DNA of 64,000 nucleotides from Escherichia coli (GTDB lineage Bacteria; Pseudomonadota; Gammaproteobacteria; Enterobacterales; Enterobacteriaceae): NCBI RefSeq assembly GCF_048403405.1, contig NZ_CP183129.1; one strand, 5' to 3'. Shown piece by piece: positions 48,531 to 59,549 of this stretch (position 1 is its first letter; each line of letters starts with the position of its first letter). The notes under the pieces were generated by a model. It saw only the letters and a program-made list of their open reading frames with translations, ran no database searches and was not told where the DNA came from. The position numbers and the translations under genes were made by a program.

Positions 48531-48968
48531 ATGGACAACAAAATATCAACCTATTCTCCGGCATTCAGTATTGTGTCATGGATAGCTCTCGTTGGTGGTA
48601 TCGTTACCTATCTGTTAGGGCTATGGAATGCAGAGATGCAGTTAAATGAAAAAGGATATTATTTTGCCGTACTGGTATTAGGACTGTTTTCTGCGGCGTC
48701 TTATCAAAAGACCGTTCGGGACAAGTATGAAGGCATACCGACCACCTCCATTTATTATATGACCTGCCTGACTGTCTTTATTATCTCTGTTGCGTTACTG
48801 ATGGTAGGTCTGTGGAATGCGACGTTATTACTCAGCGAGAAAGGTTTTTATGGACTGGCTTTCTTCTTAAGCTTGTTTGGTGCAGTAGCGGTGCAGAAGA
48901 ATATTCGTGATGCCGGAATAAACCCACCAAAAGAAACACTGATTACCCAGGAAGAATACAGCGAATAA
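48531..48968 (+). CDS. yiaA: small inner membrane protein
   Basis: about 145-aa ORF with repeated membrane module similar to yiaB. Confidence 0.8.
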   Translation: MDNKISTYSPAFSIVSWIALVGGIVTYLLGLWNAEMQLNEKGYYFAVLVLGLFSAASYQKTVRDKYEGIPTTSIYYMTCLTVFIISVALLMVGLWNATLLLSEKGFYGLAFFLSLFGAVAVQKNIRDAGINPPKETLITQEEYSE

Positions 48969-48976
48969 TTCACATA

Positions 48977-49012
48977 AGCCCGGTCAGTCCAATGTGACCG
49001 GGCTTTTATTTA
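48977..49012. terminator. bidirectional rho-independent terminator between yiaA and wecH
   Basis: hairpin gcccggtcag ... tgaccgggc followed by ttttattt. Confidence 0.65.
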
Positions 49013-50005
49013 ACTCACTAGTCTGTTTCTGTCGATTCGTTGTACCAGCATAGAAAGTAACAAACTCGCTGCCAACGTCGCGCAAAAGATCCAAATAATA
49101 TCGAGTATTGGCCAGTTTTTAAGCTCAATCCCCCGGGTGCGCAGTGCATGGATAATCAAGGCGTGGAATCCGTATATACCCAACGAATGGCGGGAGATTA
49201 AGCCAAGTCCGCGAACAGTACGCGTATCAAGCGTGTTTTTAACCAGAGTCAATAGCGTGGTTGCGCAGATAAAAACCATCGGCCCACAGTAAAGATACCA
49301 GGTATCGGCAAAATTTCCGCGCCACTGCAATTCATATAATGTCCCGCGAGAGATAATAAAAACCCCCGTCGCAAACAGTGCGGCGCACACCCACGACAGT
49401 GCTTTATGCTGTGTGTCCATCATCCCTATAGCGCGGCCCAACATGCCATACAGGATGTAGTAAAAAGTATCGCCATTGATATATAAGTTAATTGGCAGCC
49501 ATTCAAAACCGTCAATTTTCTGCGGCACTGTGTTTGGGTTAGCGATAATGCCAATCACCACCATTAGCACCAGCAACATTTTTCCGCCGACGTTCTTCAC
49601 CTGAATCAGCGGTGAAACCAGATAAATCACCGCAATCGCGAAGAAAAACCACAAGTGGTAAAACACTGGCTTTTGCAGCAGGTTTTTCAGCGCTAACTCC
49701 ATATTGATGGAGGTAAACAGCGCAATGTAGAGCAGTGCGATTGCGCTATAAAAAAGCAGACATAAGCCGATACGCAAGAAATGGCGCGGCTGGGCGCTGC
49801 GTTCGCCAAAAAAGAGATAGCCGGAAATCATGAAAAATAGCGGCACGCTGACACGAGAGGCAGAATTCAGAACATTGGCGATATCCCATGTGACGGGGCT
49901 AACACTATGAGCATTGGTCACATACCAGGTAGTGGTGTGAATCATCACCACCATTAAACACGCTATCCCTCGCAGGTTATCAATCCAGTAAATTTTGGGC
50001 TGCAT
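49010..50005 (-). CDS. wecH: membrane O-acetyltransferase (acyltransferase family 3)
   Basis: 331-aa polytopic membrane ORF; position between yiaA and ysaB. Confidence 0.85.
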   Translation of the reverse strand: MQPKIYWIDNLRGIACLMVVMIHTTTWYVTNAHSVSPVTWDIANVLNSASRVSVPLFFMISGYLFFGERSAQPRHFLRIGLCLLFYSAIALLYIALFTSINMELALKNLLQKPVFYHLWFFFAIAVIYLVSPLIQVKNVGGKMLLVLMVVIGIIANPNTVPQKIDGFEWLPINLYINGDTFYYILYGMLGRAIGMMDTQHKALSWVCAALFATGVFIISRGTLYELQWRGNFADTWYLYCGPMVFICATTLLTLVKNTLDTRTVRGLGLISRHSLGIYGFHALIIHALRTRGIELKNWPILDIIWIFCATLAASLLLSMLVQRIDRNRLVS

Positions 50006-50179
50006 CTGTGTCTCTGTATCTGGTTAAAAAAAGTCTGACCGATAAATCATTCGGTTGGCGCACTGGAATAATCTGAGTTTTATCACTACAGCTTATAGAG
50101 GCTTAAGGAAATTCGTAAGATATCAGCCACTATACCGATATAAATAATAAGACTCACCTGCAAACCAGACGGTAATTTA

Positions 50180-50488
50180 ATGATGATGAACTCTTTCTTT
50201 CCGGCAATGGCGCTTATGGTGCTTATGGCGCTAGTGGGTTGTTCTACACCGCCACCCGTGCAGAAAGCACAACGGGTAAAGGTTGATCCTCTGCGTTCGT
50301 TGAATATGGAAGGGCTATGCAAAGATCAGGCGGCAAAACGCTATAATACAGGTGCGCAAAAAATCGACGTCACCGCATTTGAACAGTTCCAGGGGAGCTA
50401 CGAAATGCGCGGTTATACCTTCCGTAAAGAGCAGTTTGTCTGTTCTTTTGACGCAGATGGCCATTTTTTGCATCTTTCCATGCGTTAA
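50180..50488 (+). CDS. ysaB: small lipoprotein
   Basis: about 100-aa ORF with lipobox LVGC; exact start among three consecutive Met codons uncertain. Confidence 0.8.
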   Translation: MMMNSFFPAMALMVLMALVGCSTPPPVQKAQRVKVDPLRSLNMEGLCKDQAAKRYNTGAQKIDVTAFEQFQGSYEMRGYTFRKEQFVCSFDADGHFLHLSMR

Positions 50489-50582
50489 GCCCTGCTTTTT
50501 CCCGTTTCGTACTGTATATCTTCCATCCAGCGGGTATACTGATCCCTTCCTTTAAATCCACACGTATCCAGCACGAAATAAT

Positions 50583-51494
50583 ATGCAAAAGTTTGATACC
50601 AGGACCTTCCAGGGCTTGATCCTGACCTTACAGGATTACTGGGCTCGCCAGGGCTGCACCATTGTTCAACCATTGGACATGGAAGTCGGCGCGGGAACCT
50701 CTCACCCAATGACCTGTCTGCGCGCGCTGGGGCCAGAACCGATGGCGGCTGCTTATGTTCAGCCTTCTCGTCGCCCGACCGATGGTCGCTACGGCGAAAA
50801 CCCCAACCGTTTACAGCACTACTATCAGTTCCAGGTGGTCATTAAGCCATCGCCGGACAATATTCAGGAGCTGTACCTTGGTTCTCTGAAAGAGCTGGGC
50901 ATGGACCCGACCATCCACGACATCCGTTTCGTGGAAGATAACTGGGAAAACCCGACGCTGGGTGCCTGGGGGCTGGGCTGGGAAGTGTGGCTGAACGGCA
51001 TGGAAGTGACGCAGTTCACTTACTTCCAGCAGGTTGGTGGTCTGGAGTGTAAACCGGTTACCGGCGAGATCACCTACGGTCTGGAACGTCTGGCAATGTA
51101 CATTCAGGGCGTAGACAGCGTTTACGACCTGGTCTGGAGCGACGGCCCGCTGGGTAAAACCACCTACGGCGACGTGTTCCATCAGAACGAAGTGGAGCAG
51201 TCCACTTACAACTTCGAATACGCGGATGTGGACTTCCTGTTCACCTGCTTCGAGCAGTACGAGAAAGAAGCGCAGCAGCTGCTGGCGCTGGAAAATCCGC
51301 TGCCGCTGCCAGCCTACGAGCGTATTCTGAAAGCCGCCCACAGCTTCAACCTGCTGGATGCGCGTAAAGCCATCTCCGTCACCGAGCGTCAGCGCTACAT
51401 TCTGCGCATTCGCACCCTGACCAAAGCAGTGGCTGAAGCATACTACGCTTCCCGTGAAGCCCTCGGCTTCCCGATGTGCAACAAAGATAAGTAA
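50583..51494 (+). CDS. glyQ: glycine--tRNA ligase alpha subunit
   Basis: 303-aa ORF immediately upstream of glyS. Confidence 0.95.
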
Positions 51495-51503
51495 GAGGCG
51501 GCT

Positions 51504-53573
51504 ATGTCTGAGAAAACTTTTCTGGTGGAAATCGGCACTGAAGAGCTGCCACCAAAAGCACTGCGCAGCCTGGCTGAGTCCTTTGCTGCGAACTTTACTG
51601 CGGAGCTGGATAACGCTGGCCTCTCACACGGCACCGTTCAATGGTTTGCTGCTCCGCGTCGTCTGGCGCTGAAAGTAGCTAACCTGGCGGAAGCGCAACC
51701 GGATCGTGAAATCGAAAAACGCGGCCCGGCGATTGCTCAGGCGTTCGACGCTGAAGGCAAACCGAGCAAAGCGGCAGAAGGCTGGGCGCGTGGTTGCGGT
51801 ATTACCGTAGACCAGGCTGAGCGTCTGACTACCGATAAAGGTGAATGGCTGCTGTATCGCGCCCACGTGAAGGGCGAAAGCACCGAAGCACTGCTGCCGA
51901 ATATGGTTGCGACTTCGCTGGCGAAACTGCCGATCCCGAAACTGATGCGCTGGGGCGCAAGCGACGTGCACTTCGTGCGTCCGGTGCACACCGTGACTCT
52001 GTTGCTGGGCGACAAAGTTATTCCGGCTACCATTCTGGGTATTCAGTCCGATCGCGTAATTCGCGGCCACCGCTTTATGGGCGAGCCGGAATTTACCATC
52101 GACAATGCCGATCAGTATCCGGAAATTCTGCGTGAGCGCGGTAAAGTCATCGCCGATTACGAAGAACGTAAAGCGAAGATTAAAGCCGATGCTGAAGAAG
52201 CGGCGCGTAAGATTGGCGGTAACGCTGACTTAAGCGAAAGCCTGTTGGAAGAAGTCGCTTCGCTGGTGGAATGGCCGGCTGTGCTGACCGCAAAATTCGA
52301 AGAGAAATTCCTCGCGGTGCCGTCTGAAGCACTGGTTTACACCATGAAAGGTGACCAGAAGTACTTCCCGGTGTATGCGAACGACGGCAAACTTCTGCCG
52401 AACTTTATCTTCGTTGCCAACATCGAATCGAAAGATCCGCAGCAGATTATCTCCGGTAACGAGAAAGTCGTTCGTCCACGTCTGGCGGATGCTGAGTTCT
52501 TCTTCAATACCGACCGTAAAAAACGTCTGGAAGATAACCTGCCGCGCCTGCAAACCGTGCTGTTCCAGCAACAGCTGGGTACACTGCGTGACAAAACTGA
52601 CCGCATCCAGGCACTGGCTGGCTGGATTGCTGAACAGATTGGCGCTGACGTTAACCATGCTACCCGTGCGGGCCTGCTGTCTAAGTGCGACCTGATGACC
52701 AACATGGTCTTCGAGTTCACCGACACCCAGGGCGTTATGGGGATGCACTACGCGCGTCACGATGGCGAAGCGGAAGATGTTGCAGTGGCGCTGAACGAGC
52801 AGTATCAGCCGCGCTTTGCCGGTGATGACCTGCCGTCTAACCCGGTAGCCTGTGCGCTGGCGATTGCTGACAAGATGGATACTCTGGCGGGTATCTTCGG
52901 TATCGGCCAGCATCCGAAAGGCGACAAAGACCCGTTTGCGTTGCGTCGTGCCGCACTTGGCGTACTGCGTATTATCGTTGAGAAGAACCTCAACCTTGAT
53001 CTGCAAACGCTGACCGAAGAAGCAGTGCGTCTGTATGGCGATAAGCTGACTAATGCCAACGTGGTTGATGATGTTATCGACTTTATGCTCGGTCGCTTCC
53101 GCGCCTGGTATCAGGACGAAGGTTACACCGTTGACACCATCCAGGCGGTACTGGCGCGTCGTCCGACTCGTCCGGCAGATTTCGATGCCCGTATGAAGGC
53201 GGTATCGCATTTCCGTACCCTGGATGCAGCTGCTGCACTGGCGGCGGCGAACAAACGTGTATCCAACATTCTGGCGAAATCTGACGAAGTGCTGAGCGAC
53301 CGCGTGAATGCTTCTACCCTGAAAGAGCCGGAAGAAATTAAACTGGCGATGCAGGTTGTGGTGCTACGTGACAAGCTGGAGCCGTACTTTGCGGAAGGTC
53401 GTTACCAGGATGCGCTGGTCGAACTGGCAGAGCTGCGTGAGCCAGTTGATGCTTTCTTCGATAAAGTGATGGTCATGGTTGATGACAAAGAATTGCGAAT
53501 CAACCGTCTTACCATGCTGGAGAAACTGCGCGAATTATTCCTGCGCGTTGCGGATATTTCGCTGTTGCAGTAA
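51504..53573 (+). CDS. glyS: glycine--tRNA ligase beta subunit
   Basis: 689-aa ORF starting 10 bp after glyQ. Confidence 0.95.
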   Translation: MSEKTFLVEIGTEELPPKALRSLAESFAANFTAELDNAGLSHGTVQWFAAPRRLALKVANLAEAQPDREIEKRGPAIAQAFDAEGKPSKAAEGWARGCGITVDQAERLTTDKGEWLLYRAHVKGESTEALLPNMVATSLAKLPIPKLMRWGASDVHFVRPVHTVTLLLGDKVIPATILGIQSDRVIRGHRFMGEPEFTIDNADQYPEILRERGKVIADYEERKAKIKADAEEAARKIGGNADLSESLLEEVASLVEWPAVLTAKFEEKFLAVPSEALVYTMKGDQKYFPVYANDGKLLPNFIFVANIESKDPQQIISGNEKVVRPRLADAEFFFNTDRKKRLEDNLPRLQTVLFQQQLGTLRDKTDRIQALAGWIAEQIGADVNHATRAGLLSKCDLMTNMVFEFTDTQGVMGMHYARHDGEAEDVAVALNEQYQPRFAGDDLPSNPVACALAIADKMDTLAGIFGIGQHPKGDKDPFALRRAALGVLRIIVEKNLNLDLQTLTEEAVRLYGDKLTNANVVDDVIDFMLGRFRAWYQDEGYTVDTIQAVLARRPTRPADFDARMKAVSHFRTLDAAAALAAANKRVSNILAKSDEVLSDRVNASTLKEPEEIKLAMQVVVLRDKLEPYFAEGRYQDALVELAELREPVDAFFDKVMVMVDDKELRINRLTMLEKLRELFLRVADISLLQ

Positions 53574-53590
53574 TAATGCCGTTATTAAAT

Positions 53591-53617
53591 AGCCTGCCAT
53601 CTGGCAGGCTTTTTTTA
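53591..53617 (+). terminator. rho-independent terminator downstream of glyS
   Basis: agcctgcc atct ggcaggct followed by ttttttt. Confidence 0.75.
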
Positions 53618-53871
53618 TCGCTAAATAATACAGCAACCTTTAATAATCTTCTGATGAATAAAGATTATCTCATATATTAATTTTATGAGATTTTTTTAGG
53701 ATTATATCAAGGAGAAGAAACGAACTTATTAAGCTAGAATAGCCACGGGTGCTTGAGACTGTTTGTCTCAGGTATTCACCGAAAGGCAGACAGAGAAAAG
53801 CCCCACCTGACTATAAATCAAAAGTGTACTGCACCCATTTTGTTGGACGATGAAATGGAATAGCCCCTAAT

Positions 53872-54393
53872 ATGTCAAAGCCAAAATACCCTTTTGAAAA
53901 GCGCCTTGAAGTCGTGAATCACTACTTCACAACTGATGATGGTTACAGGATCATCTCGGCACGTTTTGGTGTCCCCCGAACCCAGGTCAGGACATGGGTT
54001 GCCCTCTATGAAAAACATGGAGAAAAAGGTTTAATTCCCAAACCTAAAGGCGTTAGTGCTGATCCAGAGTTGCGTATTAAGGTCGTGAAAGCTGTGATCG
54101 AGCAGCACATGTCCCTTAATCAGGCTGCTGCTCACTTTATGCTTGCTGGTAGTGGTTCTGTAGCCAGGTGGCTGAAGGTCTATGAAGAGCGCGGAGAAGC
54201 TGGTTTACGCGCGCTCAAGATTGGCACCAAAAGAAACATTGCAATATCAGTTGATCCAGAAAAAGCGGCATCAGCATTGGAGCTGTCAAAAGACCGACGC
54301 ATTGAGGATCTTGAAAGGCAAGTTCGATTTCTTGAAACGCGGCTTATGTATCTAAAAAAGCTGAAAGCCTTAGCTCATCCCACGAAAAAGTAA
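53872..54393 (+). CDS. insJ: IS150 transposase OrfA
   Basis: 173-aa ORF MSKPKYPFEKRLEVVNHYF..., recognised as IS150 InsJ. Confidence 0.9.
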   Translation: MSKPKYPFEKRLEVVNHYFTTDDGYRIISARFGVPRTQVRTWVALYEKHGEKGLIPKPKGVSADPELRIKVVKAVIEQHMSLNQAAAHFMLAGSGSVARWLKVYEERGEAGLRALKIGTKRNIAISVDPEKAASALELSKDRRIEDLERQVRFLETRLMYLKKLKALAHPTKK

Positions 54394-54635
54394 AAGTACT
54401 CAACGAGCTAAGGCAGTTTTATCCTCTTGATGAGCTTCTCAGGGCTGCGGAGATACCGCGCAGTACGTTTTATTACCATCTAAAGGCTCTCAGCAAGCCT
54501 GACAAGTATGCGGACGTTAAAAAGCGTATTGGTGAGATTTATCATGAGAATAGAGGCCGATACGGATACCGTAGGGTAACGCTGTCTCTTCATCGAGAAG
54601 GGAAACAGATTAACCATAAAGCTGTTCAGCGCCTG

Positions 54636-55241
54636 ATGGGAACCCTCTCACTTAAGGCAGCGATTAAGGTCAAGCGATACCGCTCTTACAGAGGAGAGGT
54701 AGGGCAAACCGCCCCCAATGTTCTCCAAAGAGATTTCAAGGCTACGCGGCCAAACGAGAAGTGGGTTACCGATGTTACTGAATTTGCAGTCAATGGGCGC
54801 AAGCTGTATTTGTCTCCAGTAATAGATCTCTTCAACAACGAAGTTATTTCTTACAGCCTTTCGGAAAGACCAGTGATGAACATGGTCGAGAATATGCTCG
54901 ATCAGGCATTCAAAAAGCTTAATCCTCACGAGCATCCTGTTCTGCACTCTGACCAGGGATGGCAGTATCGTATGAGAAGATATCAAAATATCCTTAAAGA
55001 ATATGGTATTAAACAAAGCATGTCCAGAAAAGGCAATTGTCTGGATAATGCTGTGGTGGAGTGTTTCTTTGGAACCTTAAAATCGGAGTGTTTTTATCTT
55101 GATGAGTTCAGTAATATAAGCGAACTGAAGGATGCTGTTACGGAATATATTGAATACTACAACAGCAGAAGAATTAGCCTGAAATTAAAAGGTCTGACTC
55201 CAATTGAATATCGGAATCAGACCTATATGCCTCGTGTTTAA
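54636..55241 (+). CDS. insK: IS150 transposase OrfB (DDE domain); coordinates are the ORF from first ATG, the protein is normally made as an InsJK fusion by -1 frameshift from about 54390
   Basis: reading frame open upstream of 54636 (..PRSTFYYHLKAL..); DDE motifs such as LHSDQGWQY. Confidence 0.85.
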   Translation: MGTLSLKAAIKVKRYRSYRGEVGQTAPNVLQRDFKATRPNEKWVTDVTEFAVNGRKLYLSPVIDLFNNEVISYSLSERPVMNMVENMLDQAFKKLNPHEHPVLHSDQGWQYRMRRYQNILKEYGIKQSMSRKGNCLDNAVVECFFGTLKSECFYLDEFSNISELKDAVTEYIEYYNSRRISLKLKGLTPIEYRNQTYMPRV

Positions 55242-55342
55242 CTGTCCAACTTTTTGGGGTCAGTACAAAGTGAGGCTACCCTATGCCTGAACACCATAAG
55301 GTTAGCCTCTTACTCGTTGGAAATCAACACAGGGGGCTGGGA

Positions 55343-55495
55343 ATGCCGCAGAAATATAGATTACTTTCTTTAATAGTGATTTGTTTCACGCTTTTATTTT
55401 TCACCTGGATGATAAGAGATTCACTGTGTGAATTGCATATTAAACAGGGGAGTTATGAGCTGGCGGCATTTTTAGCCTGCAATTTGAAAGAGTAA
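55343..55495 (+). CDS. hokA: Hok-family small membrane toxin (type I toxin-antitoxin toxin)
   Basis: 50 aa MPQKYRLLSLIVICFTLLFFTWMIRDSLCELHIKQGSYELAAFLACNLKE; lies 76 bp from the IS150 right end. Confidence 0.8.
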   Translation: MPQKYRLLSLIVICFTLLFFTWMIRDSLCELHIKQGSYELAAFLACNLKE

Positions 55496-55627
55496 GAGTC
55501 TTCGGCGGGAAGTTATTCCCGCCTTTCTTACGGCGTTGCGCATTCTCATTGCACCCAAATTTATTTTTCACAAAAATAATAATAGATTTTATTACGCGAT
55601 CGATTATTTATTTCCTGAAAAACAAAT

Positions 55628-55665
55628 AAAAAAATCCCCGCCAAATGGCAGGGATCTTAGATTCT
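55628..55665 (-). terminator. rho-independent terminator downstream of cspA
   Basis: on the minus strand, hairpin atccctgcc attt ggcggggat followed by tttttttat. Confidence 0.7.
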
Positions 55666-55682
55666 GTGCTTTTAAGCAGAGA

Positions 55683-55895
55683 TTACAGGCTGGTTACGTT
55701 ACCAGCTGCCGGGCCTTTAGCGCCGCTTTCGATGGTGAAGGACACTTTCTGACCTTCGTCCAGAGATTTGTAACCATCGTTCTGGATAGCAGAGAAGTGT
55801 ACGAACACGTCTTTAGAGCCATCGTCAGGAGTGATGAAGCCGAAGCCTTTGTCAGCGTTGAACCATTTTACGATACCAGTCATTTTACCGGACAT
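55683..55895 (-). CDS. cspA: major cold shock protein
   Basis: 70-aa [24 protein letters not shown]... Confidence 0.97.
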
Positions 55896-56054
55896 AGTGT
55901 ATTACCTTTAATAATTAAGTGTGCCTTTCGGCGATATGGCGTGCTTTACAGATTTTGAAGCGTTAAAGGAATGTGCACTACGAGGGGTATCAACGATAAC
56001 TCTTGAAGGGACTTGCCTTACTACACTGCTTTAATGGTCTGTACGTCAAACCGT
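55896..56054 (-). promoter_or_regulatory. cspA long 5' untranslated leader with cold box (RNA thermosensor)
   Basis: minus-strand sequence ACGGTTTGACGTACAGACCATTAAAGCAGTGTAGTAAGGCAAG... upstream of the ATG matches the known 159-nt cspA leader; AT-rich UP-like element further upstream. Confidence 0.8.
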
Positions 56055-56175
56055 TGATGTGCATTAAGCCACGCATTGGCGGGTGTTGCAACAATTATTT
56101 TTCATATTTATGATTAATCGGTTGGAAAACGGTCCTGTCATCAGGACCGTAAACAGCAATAAAGTGGATAAAAGT

Positions 56176-56466
56176 CTATTCCATCAACTGCTTACTTAAT
56201 GCCGGGTTGGCTTGAATCAAACGCATCAATTTTAGTTCGGCACTTGAAGGCTTCACGCGTCTGGATTCCCATTCCTTTACCATGGCGACTGATACGCCCA
56301 AAACCCGGGCGAAATCATCGATTTTTAATCCTGTCCCTTTTCGTAACTGCTCAATTTCGGTACAGGATGTTGTTCTGTGCGTCAGGGTAATTTTCTGCGT
56401 TTCATCTTTAAAAACAATCTGTTCTAGGCTGCTCAACAGCTCATGCATTGGATCTTTATATTCCAT
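56176..56466 (-). CDS. yiaG: HTH (XRE-like) domain protein
   Basis: 96-aa ORF; position between cspA and yiaF. Confidence 0.85.
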   Translation of the reverse strand: MEYKDPMHELLSSLEQIVFKDETQKITLTHRTTSCTEIEQLRKGTGLKIDDFARVLGVSVAMVKEWESRRVKPSSAELKLMRLIQANPALSKQLME

Positions 56467-56899
56467 TGAAAACTCCTCAAATCACACTGCGGGATCGTGA
56501 ATTGCATCGAAGCTCATTAAGAATAGTCGGGAAAAGCAGACACAGCGGGGTGAAGTCAGGGCATGCTCTGGCTATGATTCGATTCAGCCAGTCATTTAGC
56601 GTGACTTATAGCCACCTAACGATCTGATAAATGCCGATATATCTCTTACCACTCCCGGTTTGTAAAGATTTCGAAAATCTAACGTTCTGAGAAGGCGTTA
56701 ATCTCTGGCAACAAAAAAAGCAACGGCACTATCATTTTTTAACAATGAAACAACAAATTAACCTTGTTTCATTTTCTCCATGATTTTACCAGGAAGATTA
56801 CGTAGAAAGGGTATCCTGCAAGCCTGTCCTGGACTATCCTTGTCACGTCAGACACGCGTGTGTCGTTGTGCGCTTTTTTTGGGTGAAAGGAGTAAGAAA

Positions 56900-57610
56900 A
56901 TGGCGACAGGAAAGTCCTGCTCTCGCTGGTTTGCGCCTCTTGCGGCGTTATTAATGGTAGTTAGCCTGAGTGGGTGTTTTGATAAAGAAGGCGATCAGCG
57001 TAAAGCGTTTATCGACTTCCTGCAGAATACAGTGATGCGTAGCGGTGAACGTCTACCTACCCTGACTGCCGATCAGAAAAAACAGTTTGGTCCTTTTGTC
57101 TCTGATTACGCGATTCTGTATGGTTATTCTCAGCAGGTGAATCAGGCGATGGATTCCGGTCTGCGCCCGGTTGTAGACAGCGTTAACGCAATTCGCGTAC
57201 CGCAGGATTACGTTACGCAAAGCGGCCCACTGCGTGAAATGAACGGTTCTCTGGGCGTACTGGCGCAACAGCTGCAAAATGCGAAGTTGCAGGCCGATGC
57301 TGCGCACTCTGCGCTAAAACAGAGCGATGACCTGAAACCGGTCTTCGATCAGGCATTCACCAAAGTGGTAACGACGCCAGCTGATGCGTTGCAACCGTTG
57401 ATTCCGGCGGCACAAACTTTCACGCAACAACTGGTGATGGTTGGAGACTACATTGCTCAGCAAGGTACTCAGGTGAGCTTTGTCGCAAATGGCATCCAGT
57501 TCCCGACTTCGCAGCAGGCAAGTGAATATAACAAACTGATTGCGCCATTACCGGCACAACATCAGGCGTTTAATCAGGCCTGGACTACAGCAGTTACTGC
57601 AACCCAATAA
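56900..57610 (+). CDS. yiaF: lipoprotein, DUF3053 family
   Basis: 236 aa from the ATG at 56900 (MATGKSCSRWFAPLAALLMVVSLSGC lipobox); ORF track extends upstream. Confidence 0.85.
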   Translation: MATGKSCSRWFAPLAALLMVVSLSGCFDKEGDQRKAFIDFLQNTVMRSGERLPTLTADQKKQFGPFVSDYAILYGYSQQVNQAMDSGLRPVVDSVNAIRVPQDYVTQSGPLREMNGSLGVLAQQLQNAKLQADAAHSALKQSDDLKPVFDQAFTKVVTTPADALQPLIPAAQTFTQQLVMVGDYIAQQGTQVSFVANGIQFPTSQQASEYNKLIAPLPAQHQAFNQAWTTAVTATQ

Positions 57611-57617
57611 AGAGTAA

Positions 57618-57643
57618 AAGCCCGGGCGATTATCGGGCTTTAC
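57618..57643 (+). terminator. hairpin terminator downstream of yiaF
   Basis: gcccgggcg atta tcgggc followed by ttt. Confidence 0.5.
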
Positions 57644-57659
57644 TCCACGCAGTCGCGGC

Positions 57660-58634
57660 TTAGTCCGCGACGTGCGGATTCACACAGTTCTTCTCAACCT
57701 TTCCTTGTAACGCATCAATCAAATTATCCACGGCACAGGCGGCCATGCCATAACGCGTCTCATGAGTGGCAGATCCAATATGCGGTACTGCGACGACGTT
57801 GGCCATTGAGAGCAACGGCGAATCTACAGACAGTGGCTCTTGTTCGAAGACATCCAGCCCGGCAGCGTGAATTTCCCCTTTCTGCAATGCAGCAATCAGT
57901 GCATTTTCATCAACCACCGGGCCACGTCCGGCATTAATGAATATGGCGGAGGATTTCATTTTGGCGAATTGTTCTGCGCCAAACAGATGATGCGTTTCAT
58001 CAGTTAACGGCAGGATCAGGCAAACGAAATCTGACTCTTGTAACAGTGTATCCAAATCGCAGTAGCGGGCGTTGAAGCGTTCTTCTGCTTCTTTATGGTG
58101 GCGGCGCGCGTTATAGAGGATGGGCATGTTGAAACCAAAGTGCGCACGTTGTGCCAGCGCCATACCGATCCGTCCCATCCCGACAATGCCCAGTGTTTTA
58201 TGGTGAACGTCAGTGCCGTACCAGTCCGGGCCTATGCTCGCGGTCCATTCGCCTGCTTTTACCCGTTCTGCTACCTCCACAACCCGACGAGCGGTAGACA
58301 ACACCAGTGCCATCAGCGTATCGGCGACGGTTTCTGTTAATACGGTTGGCGTGTGCATCAGCAGAATTTTTCGGGCGGTAAGCGCATCGACATCAAAATT
58401 GTCATAGCCGACAGAGATCGTTGATGTGGCACGCAGTTTCGGCATTTTTTCCAGCAATGCGGCATCAACATTCTCGTTTGAACCCAGTAAACCTTCAGCT
58501 TCGGCAAAAATTGCTGCATTTTGTTCGACGGTTTGTGGGCTGAGGTTTGCCACCTGGTGAACGGTGAAATGCTCTTGCAGGCGTTGCAGTAAATCATCAG
58601 GTAAGGCTTTGTAGAGGATAACGGACGGCTTCAT
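57660..58634 (-). CDS. ghrB: glyoxylate/hydroxypyruvate reductase B (2-ketoaldonate reductase)
   Basis: 324 aa from the ATG at 58634 ([14 protein letters not shown]...); D-isomer 2-hydroxyacid dehydrogenase family. Confidence 0.9.
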   Translation of the reverse strand: MKPSVILYKALPDDLLQRLQEHFTVHQVANLSPQTVEQNAAIFAEAEGLLGSNENVDAALLEKMPKLRATSTISVGYDNFDVDALTARKILLMHTPTVLTETVADTLMALVLSTARRVVEVAERVKAGEWTASIGPDWYGTDVHHKTLGIVGMGRIGMALAQRAHFGFNMPILYNARRHHKEAEERFNARYCDLDTLLQESDFVCLILPLTDETHHLFGAEQFAKMKSSAIFINAGRGPVVDENALIAALQKGEIHAAGLDVFEQEPLSVDSPLLSMANVVAVPHIGSATHETRYGMAACAVDNLIDALQGKVEKNCVNPHVAD

Positions 58635-58737
58635 GCTTCTCTCCATTCACTGATAAGGCGATCACCTTAGCCTGAAATATGATGAAGGAAAACTGAAGAA
58701 TGCCAGGTGATTTCTGCATCACCTGGCATGAAAGGGA

Positions 58738-59397
58738 TTACAGCGGGCTTAAGGTAATTTCTACACGGCGGTTTTGCGCCTTACCTTCTGCGGTGCTGTT
58801 GCTGGCGATTGGGTTAGCCGGGCCAAGGCCCTGAGTACGGATGCGGCTGGCGTCCACGCCCTGGGTGATCAACGCGCTGGCAACGGAATCCGCACGCTGC
58901 TGGGAGAGACGCATGTTCAGGTCGTGACCACCCGTGCTGTCGGTATAACCAATCACGTTAACCGCCGTTTTCGGATACTCTTTCAGCACCATTGCCACGC
59001 CGGTCAGGGTGTTAGCGCCTGCCGGTTTCAGGGTCGCGCTGCTGCTGTCGAAGGTCACATTGTTCGGCATATTGAGGATAATGTTATCCCCGCTGCGGGT
59101 TACGCTAACACCAGTGCCGCGCATTTTGTCACGTAGCTTCGCTTCCTGCACATCCATGTAATAACCCACGCCGCCGCCCAGAGCTGCGCCTGCTGCTGCG
59201 CCAATCAGCGCGCCTTTACCGCGATCTTTCTTCGAAGAAGAGAGCGCACCAATACCCGCGCCCACGAGAGAGCCCAGACCTGCGCCAATAGCAGATTTAC
59301 CTGCTTCGCGTTCGCCGGTGTAAGGGTTAGTTGTGCAGCCAGATACCGCCAGAGCGCCACTCACTACTGCGGCAATAAGATAAACACGTTTCTTCAT
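58738..59397 (-). CDS. yiaD: OmpA-family lipoprotein (peptidoglycan-binding)
   Basis: 219-aa ORF, lipobox VSGC, Gly-rich segment, C-terminal OmpA-like domain. Confidence 0.9.
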   Translation of the reverse strand: MKKRVYLIAAVVSGALAVSGCTTNPYTGEREAGKSAIGAGLGSLVGAGIGALSSSKKDRGKGALIGAAAGAALGGGVGYYMDVQEAKLRDKMRGTGVSVTRSGDNIILNMPNNVTFDSSSATLKPAGANTLTGVAMVLKEYPKTAVNVIGYTDSTGGHDLNMRLSQQRADSVASALITQGVDASRIRTQGLGPANPIASNSTAEGKAQNRRVEITLSPL

Positions 59398-59549
59398 TGT
59401 TAATCCTTAATAACCTTTTTATTCTTTGCCACGGGTTCCGTGGCGGGAGATTATGCCGCGTGAACATGAAGATTATTCCTGGGAATACTCGGAAATTTGT
59501 AAGTAATATTTAACTGCTCAATACATCTAACCTTTCAGGAGTCTTCGGT

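Larger units (their letters stand above)
53825..55267 (+). mobile_element. IS150 (IS3 family), 1443 bp
   Basis: left end TGTACTGCACCCATTTTGTTGGACGATG at 53825; right end inverted repeat ending at 55267; 3-bp direct repeat AAG on both flanks; InsJ and InsK reading frames. Confidence 0.9.

Noticed and set aside
52230-53210. 326-codon minus-strand ORF within glyS
   Set aside because: Entirely antisense to the conserved glyS coding region; no recognisable domain.
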